Source: Monocercomonoides exilis PA203 (lineage: Eukaryota; Protista; Preaxostyla). From it: a DNA stretch of 64,000 nucleotides. Under the pieces are notes generated by a model. It saw only the letters and a program-made list of their open reading frames with translations. It was not told the DNA's origin and ran no database searches. The stretch is from assembly GCA_001643675.2 (NCBI GenBank), contig LSRY02000032.1, positions 372,001 to 436,000 of the forward strand, written 5' to 3'. The translations under genes were made by a program, and so were the position numbers. This document shows, piece after piece, positions 24,101 to 33,696 of the stretch (the stretch's first letter is position 1; each line of letters starts with the position of its first letter).

Positions 24101-27100
24101 ACACCTTCAACACCTGCCTCTCTTTTTCATCCAGTCAATAAAGTCGATTCACCTTCTTCTCTTTCATCTTTCTCTTCTCTTTCACCTTCACCTTCACTTT
24201 CAGTTCCATTTCCATATCCACATTCTCATTCATCTTCGCCATCCACACAGACTCGGCTGCCCATCGAGTGCTTTTCGGAGTCTGCTCGTTCAGCACTGCC
24301 GTCTTCGCTGAGGTCGCCAGCGAGCCAGTCGTCTTCGCCTTTTGTGCATCCGTCCTCGCTTTCCTCAGCCACATCTCCGTCAGCCTCGCTGCAGCTGGCA
24401 CGCACTCTTTCGAGCACTTCTCTTTCTTCTTCTCATTCGTCTTCGCTTGTCTCGTTCTCGTCGCTCTGCTCAGCTGCCCCGTTGCACACACCGCCTTTGT
24501 CGCCTTCTCAATCATCACAATCGTCTCAATCCTCTCAATCGCCTCAGCCACATTTGCCATTTGTGTCTGCTGCCTCAGCTGTGCAGACGTCGCCTTGTGT
24601 GTTCTCGTCGCCTCTGGTGCGCTTCAGCCCTTCGTCTGCCAGTCGAAGCAGCAACAGCAACAACAACGAAGAGGAAGAGCCGCCTCTGCTGCTGAGTGTG
24701 TGTGACACGCCGCAGACGAGGGCACAGACACCGGCGTGTCCAGCGTCGCCTGCTGTGAGCAGACCGAAGCTGATGTTCCCTGTGCTGGGTGCTGTGAGTG
24801 CTGTTGCATCATCTTCAGAAGAGCAGTCAAATACAATGAAGTCTGAGTGCAATGGTTGTGAGGTGCATGAGGATGCAGGGGCAGAGCATGTGAATGAAGA
24901 AGAAGAAGAAGAAGAGTGGATGAGGAGATGCTTTCATCCAGTGGCCATTCATGCAAACAGCATTGTGGAGCCAGTGGAGCATATCCTCCACTCAGCAGTG
25001 TGGAATGGATCGGCTGAGCTACAGAGGGAGAAGGAAGAGGCAGAAAACAGAGGAAGAGCACTTGGAATAAGAGAAGATGCAGCAGAAAGGGCAGAGAGGA
25101 GGATGAGGAGGAGGGCGCGTGCCGCAGAGAGGAAGGGGCTGGCAGAGGCGCAGGCGTGTCAGATACAGATGGCGCAGAAGCAGCTGGAGTTTGTGGGGAG
25201 CCGGATAGCGCGGCGGGGGCGGAAGGTGCGGCAGCAGAGGGACGAGATCCAGCAGGCGCTGCTGCGGGAGAAGGAGAGGCTGACGGTGCAGCTGCTGTGT
25301 GGGGAGATGGAGGCAGAGGAGAGGAGGCGGCGGGAGCAGGATGCAGGGGAGCGGGCAAAGGAGAGGGAAGAAGACAAAAATGGTGTGGGACTTAAAACAC
25401 ATTTATTTGTTCATTGATATTTATTATTATTCTTTTTCTTTTCCCCTCTTTTCATGGCCAGACATCATCCTGTTCATCGACTTTGTGGAGCGGCTGCTGG
25501 TGTTTGAGCCGCAGAAGCGGCTGACAGCGCGGCAGGCGCAGCTGCACCCGTTCATGCGGAAGCTGCGGTACACGCGGGAGAAGCTGGCTGAGTGGCAGCC
25601 TCCGCAGGAGAGCTCGTTCCGAGGCGGGTCGCGCTCTCTCTCGTTCAGCACATTCCCCCACTTCTCTTCTTTCTCTTCTTTCTCTTCTTTCTCTTCACTT
25701 TCCTCTTTCTCCTCTCCTTCTTCTCCCTCATCTCTCTCTCATTCCTCTGTTGAGCAGCAGCAACAGCAGCAGCAGCAGAATGTGTGTGTTGAGGGTGTGA
25801 ATGCAAGTGAATCAGAGGGAAAGGGAATTGGAGTGTTGGAAAGTGGAGCTGTGCAGCCGAGCCAGACAAGTGGGTGTTCAGAAGGAAAGAATTCATCAGC
25901 AGCCTCTTCATCACCCTTTCTGCAGCTTCCGTTGAAGTGCAATAAATTTGAGGGTGTTTCTGTTCGGTGTGGTGTGAAGCGGCCAGCGCTGCCCAGCAGC
26001 AGCACGCCACGCCCACGGGCAGGGCGGAGGAAGGAAGGGAGGCAGGCGTTTGTGCTGAGTGCAGAGGAGATGGAGAGCCACGCGCTGTGGGGCAGAGCGA
26101 GCGAGGAGGCGCATGGGCTGCTGTTCCCCACGTTCGACCAGCGGGGCTGTGCGAAGAAGTCGCGGGTGTATTTGCGGGCAGCAGCGCACTGGAGGATGGT
26201 GAGGGAGAAGGAGGAGGAGGAGCGGAGCGAGGCAGCAGAGAGGCAGCGGATGGGGCAGCTGGACAGAGAGGGGATGGAGAGCGCGGCGTCGACTGTGGAA
26301 GTGCTGGAGATGCTGGCAGCAGCAGAAGAGCAGAGCAGAAGCGCATTGCTGCAACAGCAACAGCAACAGCAGCAACAACAGCAGCAGCAGCAACAACAAA
26401 AGAAGGAAGATGATTCGCATTGGCAAGCAAATGGAGAGGCAGCAGCATCAAAGCTGCCGAAGGCATTTTCGTTCATCTCTTCGCTCCTTTCGGTGTTTGC
26501 ACGGCCAGATGGGAAGAAAAATGCAAAGACGAAGACGAAGACGAAGATGAAAGGAGATGCACAAAGCACTCCAAATGCATTGTTTGTGAAAGAGATGGCT
26601 GGGAGTGACAGAAGTGCACAGAAACAAAACTGGGAGAACGAGATTCCTGCAGCCAGCGAGTCAGAGGAGACAGACACGAACAAGACAGCGATTGAGATAC
26701 CAACGTTGTCTGATCCGTATGGCTCGATCTTGTCTTCGTCGTCTGTGCAGCCAGTCACCCCCGCAAAGCCAGCAGCAGCAAAGGCCTCCCGCGCCCAGCC
26801 GCGCTCTCTGCTTTTCCCTCGGCACAGGATGCTGTTCTCTGGGGTCTCTGCCTCAGCATCGCCATTCTTTCCTTCGCACCCCTTCTCTTCAGCCTCTTCA
26901 GCCTCTTCACCTTCTGCTGCAGCGAATGTGGTGTCGCCTGCAGCCATGTCTGCACTCGCGCCGAAGGATGTGTGTTTGCCAGAGCAGAAGAACAGCCTTT
27001 CTCCAGCTGTGCCTCTTCAGCCATCTGCTTCTTCTGAGCAGCCGAATCCCTCTTCCTCCCCTGTGCACCCTCACAAACACTCTCGCTCTCATCATCATCA

Positions 27101-27290
27101 TCAACATCATCAACCTCATCAACGACATCGCAATCATTCTTCACATACAACCCATCATCACTCCGAAAAGCACTCCTCGTCCACCAGCCATCAGCATCAA
27201 CATCAGAATCAATATCATCATCAGCAACAGCATCATCATCGCCACTCGTTGCATGGAGAGTCAAAACCAGAAGCAAAAGAAGGCACTTGA
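21109..27290 (+). CDS. YAK1/DYRK-family (CMGC) kinase-like protein, probable pseudokinase, with a very large insert and a His-rich C-terminus; multi-exon
   Basis: YAK1-like pre-kinase box (LTVGLSSTYGRCCP...LTVPCDGVQNMGKDNEVGELIVRSGDVF). Kinase-fold segments GIPLPFVRTIVKQLLDALILLK, APEQILGYP, TDMWSLGCV and FIDFVERLLVFEPQKRLTARQAQLHPF, joined by GT-AG introns. Confidence 0.8.
22926..23113 (+). repeat. Intronic minisatellite (TTTTTATTCTTC)n, about 15 copies of a 12-mer
   Basis: Directly visible perfect tandem array inside the GT(22910)..CAG(23140) intron of the YAK1-like gene. Confidence 0.95.
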
Positions 27291-27946
27291 ACAGGCGTTT
27301 TTTTGCAGTGAAATAACCGGAATTCGTGAGCATCTTTTGTACATTCAGGTGGGGAGCAGAGAAAGAGAAAAAGCATAATGAATGTAAATCTCGGTATTTA
27401 ATTTCGTTTTTGTTGAAGTGTTTGCCATTTTGAGTTCAATTGCACATGGTTGTTCCCGTTGGGGCTTTCTGTTTGTTGTGATATAGCTTTGCGAATATTT
27501 TTATTTTTATTTTTCATGATTTAATTTTTTTTTTTTTTTCAAATTGGATTGATCAAGAGCCACCCAACCTCACTTCCATCTCTTTTTTGTTTATTTGTTT
27601 GCCTGGGCTGAGCGGATGAGCCAGCCTTTATGCATCACTTCATCCGCAAAAGAATTGCAGGGTGAGTGCTCTGCGTGTTTGGACAGCGAGACAGCACTCC
27701 CGCTGAGCCAAGCAATGGTTTGCTTTATTCCTTCATTCTTCTCTTTGTTTTCTGTCTATGTGGGGGTGAATGGTTGTAAAATTCAAGGACGATAGAACAG
27801 ATGGAACATTGCATTTTGGACAAGGAGGATATGAGAGAGAGGCATCTAGCAGATGCAGAAGAGGCGCTTCATCATTTTTTCTGTCTTCGTCTTCTGGGAG
27901 TGTGGGCACAATGAGCACATGAGATTATGATGTATATTCCGAATCA

Positions 27947-29503
27947 ATGGGTATGGATGCGTGTTCTGTGCCCTTTTCGAGGCTGTGCCTGAGAAGCTGC
28001 GAAGGCTCATCGCATCCGTTTGTGATTCGTTCGAGGGAGCTGAACTCGCTGTGGAAGCAGAATTCGATGCAGAAAGAAGGACAGACGTCGTTTATGGACA
28101 AACCAAAAGCACAGTTGTTTTTGCATGATTATTCTGTTTTTGAGAATCGAAATGAGCTGCCAGCACATTCGCTCTCGAAGGATCCACTTTTTGTGGAAGC
28201 ATCAGAGCAATCTGTGAAACAGGGCAATGAGCAGCAGGAAGCAAAAGAGGCACATCCTGTTTCGAAAACGGATGGTCAGCTGGAAAAGAATGCTGTGGGG
28301 TGTGTTGTAGCAGAAGAGGTGAAGGTGGAAAAGAAGCTGTCATTTGCAGTTCGCGAGGCAGAACTGGCAGCCGAGCTGAGAGCTGGGCTGGGTGGGAGGC
28401 AGGCAGGGCATCAACCAGCAGGCCAGGATGCAAAAGAAAACGACAACAAAGACGATGATGAGAATGAGTCTGCACATTCACTGGATGTGCTCTTGGTCAG
28501 CAACATTCGGGGATGGGTTCCAGCAGGGAGCAGACAGGATGGCCGGTGGTTCCGCAGTGAGCTGCTGGAGAAGGCGAGGCGGGTGTGGAAAGAGGAAGAA
28601 GATGGGAAAGAAGAAGGGAAGGAGGAGTGGAGCATGGAAGAGCTGAAGGAGTGTCTGGAAAAGGGAGATGCGCTTGGGCTGGATGGAGAGACGAAGATGG
28701 CGCTGTGGATGGAAGTGGCGGAGCGGAGAAATATGCGGAAGCACAGGAAAGAGGGGAGGAGAGAGAAGCAGCCATCGGGGTGGGAGTTCTCGACAAGTGC
28801 AGGGGCGCTTTATGGGAGCGGGATGGACGGTGCAAGCAGCAGAGAGGGAAGTGAGATGGGGAGTGGGCATTGTGCAGCTTCGGTTGGATCCAAAATGGCA
28901 AATCTGCCGTTGGTGAAAGGCAGCGCTTGCTCTTTTGAGCCATCTGTTTCAGCACATCCAGAAAGACAAATGAGGGTGCCAACAAGCATCCATTCATCAG
29001 ATGAGGGTGGGCAGAAGGTGCTGCTCCATGCACCCTCTGTGGCACTTTTGTCTGACGAGAAGGGCTGTCCTGAGTTTTCACAGGCATGCGAGGTGTTCAT
29101 GCCGTGCGAGGGTGGCTGTCCTTCTGCCAGTGCACCGCTGGATGAAGGCGATGGGAAGGCAGCAGAGGATGAGGAGCCGGCCATCACATCGTTTTGTGTG
29201 CACTTCCGCTTGCTCGCTGAATGGAAAGCGCAAAAGCGCGGAGCACACCATGGCTCACCGCAGCATGTGCAGCGGTGGGGCGAGGGGTGCAGGGGAGAAA
29301 AGAGAGAGGAGGTGCGGGAGGGGATGGCGGTGCGGGTGCAGAGGCTGTTCAAGCGGACGCCGCTCCTTGTGCGGTTCATGGCGCCGTTCGACAAGATTGT
29401 GCAGCCGCGGCAGTTTGCGAGGCAGAACAAGCACCCGATCCGCCCTGTGCTCAACATCCCGCTGAGGATCGGTGCTGTTCGCCATCTGGGCACCTTCGGC
29501 TGA
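27947..29503 (+). CDS. Hypothetical protein (518 aa; possible upstream exon from 27616)
   Basis: Long ORF with GC3-rich codons on the + strand. No domain recognised. Confidence 0.7.
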   Translation: MGMDACSVPFSRLCLRSCEGSSHPFVIRSRELNSLWKQNSMQKEGQTSFMDKPKAQLFLHDYSVFENRNELPAHSLSKDPLFVEASEQSVKQGNEQQEAKEAHPVSKTDGQLEKNAVGCVVAEEVKVEKKLSFAVREAELAAELRAGLGGRQAGHQPAGQDAKENDNKDDDENESAHSLDVLLVSNIRGWVPAGSRQDGRWFRSELLEKARRVWKEEEDGKEEGKEEWSMEELKECLEKGDALGLDGETKMALWMEVAERRNMRKHRKEGRREKQPSGWEFSTSAGALYGSGMDGASSREGSEMGSGHCAASVGSKMANLPLVKGSACSFEPSVSAHPERQMRVPTSIHSSDEGGQKVLLHAPSVALLSDEKGCPEFSQACEVFMPCEGGCPSASAPLDEGDGKAAEDEEPAITSFCVHFRLLAEWKAQKRGAHHGSPQHVQRWGEGCRGEKREEVREGMAVRVQRLFKRTPLLVRFMAPFDKIVQPRQFARQNKHPIRPVLNIPLRIGAVRHLGTFG

Positions 29504-29917
29504 ACTGTGCTCTTCAAGATGTCTTTCTTGGTGAAAGGGGCACATGGACATGCGAATGTGATGATGCTGGAAAAGGAGCTTGAAAAAAGCAAAGGCAGGA
29601 AAGAAACGCAAAAGTGCAATTGTATTCAAACTGAAATGAACTGACTGAAATGAACTGAAGTGAAGTGAGGTGAAGTGAAATGAAGTGATATGGAAAAGAC
29701 AAATGATGAAAAAAAAGAAGAAAACTGAACAGAATGCACAAACAGGATGTGAAGTGGGTGTTGGATGGTCGAACAGCAGCTGCACTGGGCATTCACCTCC
29801 CAAAGCACACATTGCCCAGTTTGATGAAGTGGAATGGTGGGAATTGGGTTTGCCCTGAAGAAAGCCTCGTCATTCATTCTTCATTTTATTTTCGTTCTTT
29901 TCGTTCTCATCCTGTGC

Positions 29918-32900
29918 TCAGGTGCGCTCAAACACCTCGCCAAACACACAGGCGTCGAAGTGGTAGGGGATGCCCTTCATGGCGTGGGTGCTGCTGCGGA
30001 GCCACGGCCGCGTCTCGAAGAAGTTCCCGATGCCGTCTGCATCGATGTCTGTGAACGACGCCAGCGCTGCCTGCAGATACGCTGTCTCCTCCTGCGCCTT
30101 CTCCTCCTGCTCTTCGCTCCCACTGCCACTTTCATTCTCTCCTCTCTCTTCGGGCTGTGTGTTGTGGGTTGAATTCTCTCTCTTCATCTGTTCCATCTCC
30201 CTCTCCCCCCTTCCTCTTTTTCTGTCTGGTGTATCTGTTTGCTTCGTGTGCCTCAGGCCGATCTGTGCCAGCCGCTGCCGCCACTCGCTGCGGTCCTCCC
30301 GCTCGATCTGCCGCAGCACCGCCTCCACCGCTGCCCTCCGCTGCACGTCCTCCCGCTCCCGGTACTCCTTCTCCTTCCGCATCAGCATCATGAACTGGAA
30401 CGCCAGCTCAGGCGCTATCTCCGGGTGCCTCTTCTGGAACAGGTTCACATCGTTGCTCTTCCATTCATCATCATCTTTATCATCTTCATTTCCATTTTCT
30501 CCGCTCAGAAGATTCGTGTCGCTGTGCTCTGCCTCGCATGGCTCGGAAGATGCAGCGCTGCCTGTCTCCTCTTCAGCATTTCCCTCGTTCGCTCTCCTCC
30601 CTTTCCCGTCTTCTTGTTGCTTTTGCTCTGCCTGTCTTGCCCGGCCTTCCTCTTCCAGCTGCTTGAGCGCGCTGTTCTGCTCCAGCATGCGCCGCAGCGC
30701 ATGCTCCCGCTCTGCCCGCTGGGCACGCTCGGCCAGCTCATCTTCTCTGCGCTGCCGGCTCAGCCGCGTCTCGCGCTCCATCTCCTCGCGCCTCTCCCGC
30801 TCGCCTGCCGCGTTTGCCTTCTTCGCCTCGCCGAAGAACACCAGCTCGTCGAGCAGCCCGCTCTTCTCGGCCAGCGCAAAGCAGCTGAAGGGCACGCGGG
30901 TGCGGCGCAGGCACACTGCAAGCGGCGCAAAGAAGGGCTGCGCACGCGCTGCGGTGGCCACGTGCAGCTGCTGCGCACAGCGCTGGCTGATCTGCGGCAG
31001 GAACGAGAACGTCAGGTGGAACAGGCACGGGCACGCTGCCACCACGCCCAGCAGCCCCCGGTCGCTGATCGAAGCCGACGAGCGGTCCAGAAACAGCGCA
31101 CACAGACACGACCCATGCGGCTGGGCAGAGGCTGATGCATCAGTCGTTGATGATGATGATGAGGATGATGTTGGCACTTGCCCATCAATCGGAGTGAACA
31201 CTTCTGTGAGATCGAGCTCATCTGGCAATGAAGAAGAAGAAGAAGATGATGATGATGATGAATAGATGGATTCCATCACTGCGTTTTCATCATCTTCTTC
31301 GCTGTTCTGTTGTTTTTGCATTTCACTTTCTTTTTCTTTTTCTTTTTCTTTTTCTTTTTTCATTTCTTTTTCCACAATGCATTCAACATGCTCATTGTTG
31401 TGTTTTTCACTTTTTTCCTCTTTTTCCTCTTTTTCATCCTCCTCTTCCTCCTCGTCTGTTTCATCGTCGCTCTCGCTGACTGCCTCGCCCATCTCCCTCC
31501 GCACCCTCCGCCGCTCGCGGTGTGCCCTCCGCTGCCTCCTCCGCTCCTCCCTTTCCTCCCGCTCCCGCTCCCGCTGCACACGCCCCCGCGCCGCCACCTC
31601 CGCCGGCGCCATCCGCAGGCCCCCCAGCGACAGCAGCCCCACATCGCTGATCCGCCCGCACTCCGACAGGTCCAGCACCACCAGGTGCTTCAGCCGCAGC
31701 CCAATCTCCACCAGCGCGATGTCCGACACCCCCGACGAGCACTTCGCCAGCGACAGGAAGCACAGCGCAGGGCAGTGCCGGCACACGTGCCGCACCGCCA
31801 CGTCGTTCACCAGCCTGTCGTCTCCGTCCAGCCGCAGCTTCCGCAGCTTTGGCAGCGCTGGGATGAATGGCACAGACACAGATGTATGTGAAGTGGATGC
31901 AAGTGATGTGCGCTTGTTGAGTGCATCGATGAGGAAGGAGGGGTGGGTGAGCGCCGAGCAGTACGACAGATCCAGGATGCGCAGGTTGGGGCACGACGCC
32001 ACAATCACCGTGAGCGCATGCTGGTCCAGCAGTGGGCACCCAGCCACATTCAGCGACCGCAGGTGCGGTGCCGACGCACACACTGCGCTCAGCGCAAGCG
32101 ACGTGGCCAGCGGCGAGTGCGTCGAGAAGGAGAGGAGCGGCACAAACTGCAGGCTCGGCGTGGTTGATGTTGGCGCACCCGATGGCAGCAGGTCCAGCGG
32201 AGAGGAGGAGGTGGAGGATGGTGATGATGATGAAGTGCCAATAGATACAGAAGAAGAAGAAGAGGAAAAGGAAGAGGTGGAGGAACGCATTTCGAGTGCA
32301 GCATCAAAAGAAGGCGGCTGCCGCACCATTCGCAGCAGCACACGCTCGTTCTGCGGCAGCCCGCGGATGTCGATCGATGTCAGCCGCCGCCTGGCCTGCT
32401 TTCTCCTCTGCTGTGCTGTGTCTCCCCCATCAGCCTTCTTTCCTGTATTCTTTCCTGTATTCTTTCCTGTATTCTTTCCTGTATTCTTTCCTGTATTCTT
32501 TCCTGTATTCTTTCCTGCCTTTGTGGCGGCCTTTGCAGCTGCCTCCGCCTCGCCCATCAGCCGCGCCGTCTCCCCTTCCTCCAGCACATACGCCACCCCG
32601 CGCTCGCTGATCCCTGTGCAGTATGCCAGGTGCAGCTCCCGCAGCTGTGTGCAGCGCCCCACCACAAGCTCCACTGCCGCGTCTGTCAGCCCTGTGCAGT
32701 ACGACACATCCAGCGACTGCAGCGCCCCCGCCACCCGCGGCACAAACCGCGCCACGTCGCTGTCCCGCAGCTGCGGAAAGCAGATCAGCGACAGCGCCGT
32801 GACGCTCCTCGCACACTGCCGCGACAGCAGGAACCCCACCAGCTCCAGCGACAGCATCGCATGCCCGCCAGGCGTGTAAGACGCCCCTCTGCCCCGCTCC

Positions 32901-33435
32901 TCGCCAGATACCCTGCTGCCAACGGCGACACCGCATCCGGGGCAGGCGCATCTGGCGAGACAGCGGAGCTGGCAGACGAGGATGGAGAAAGCGCAGAAGG
33001 CGAGCCATCTCTGCCTTTCCCTGCGCCTTTCCCTGCGCCTTTCCCTGCGCCTTTCCCTGTGCTCTTCACAACGCCCTTCGCAGAGCCCGCTGTGCCGTAG
33101 TACTTCCCCACCGCGTGGATCTCCGTCAGGCTGCACAGGCGCTGCAGCAGCGGCCGCATCCGCGAGAACTTGGTCACGTACGCCTGGCGGCACGACAGAA
33201 GATTCAGCCGGTGGAAATACAGCGGCACATTCCGCCTGCACACCGCCCAGGAAGAGAAAAGAGAGAAAATAGAAAAATGAAAATGAAAATGAAATTGGGG
33301 GGGGTGGACACAAAGGCCCATGCACAAGGCACACCGCCACCTCTGGCAGACTTGCAGGCACGCGCTGAAAGTGTACAAATCGTCGATATAAAGGAACACT
33401 AGCTCTGCCGCAGCAACAGAAAGTGAAGGGTGCAT
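29918..33435 (-). CDS. F-box / cysteine-containing LRR protein (FBXL/AMN1-like)
   Basis: N-terminal F-box-like LSVAAAELVFLYIDDLYTFSACLQVCQRWR (ATG 33435), followed by an intron. LRR-CC repeats include LQSLDVSYCTGLTDAAV, LRELHLAYCTGISERGV, LRILDLSYCSAL and LVVLDLSECGRISDVGL. One apparent frameshift at about 32885. Confidence 0.85.
32437..32517 (-). repeat. Coding 12-bp tandem repeat encoding (GKNT)n inside the LRR gene
   Basis: (TTTCCTGTATTC)n on the + strand, about 6 copies. A similar 12-mer array at about 33015-33060 encodes (GKGA)n. Confidence 0.9.
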
Positions 33436-33696
33436 GCCGGGGGATGCAGTGGAAAATTTAATTAACAAAGCCAGAAGGAAGAGGAAAAGGAAACACACCA
33501 CAAACATCAGGCGAAAGCCCGTCGAAAAGTGTTTCTCGGCTCTGCAGCCCTGGATTTGCGTAGTTGTCCGAGGTGCAGCACCCCATTGCGCAGCGCCCGA
33601 TTGCGTGCCGGTAAGGCGAGAAAAAGGGGGAAAAGTGGTTGGGTGGAAAAGAGTATGGGCAGAGGGGCAACCCATAGCAAAAAAGGGGGCGTGCGG
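33436..33696. promoter_or_regulatory. Putative bidirectional promoter between the F-box/LRR gene and Nar1
   Basis: Divergent ATGs only about 260 bp apart (33435 minus, 33697 plus). No specific motif identified. Confidence 0.5.

Noticed and set aside
27290-29900. SECIS elements supporting selenocysteine at the in-frame TGAs
   Set aside because: No SECIS stem-loop could be identified by eye, and the TGA contexts are not redox (CxxU-like) motifs. A covariance-model search is needed.
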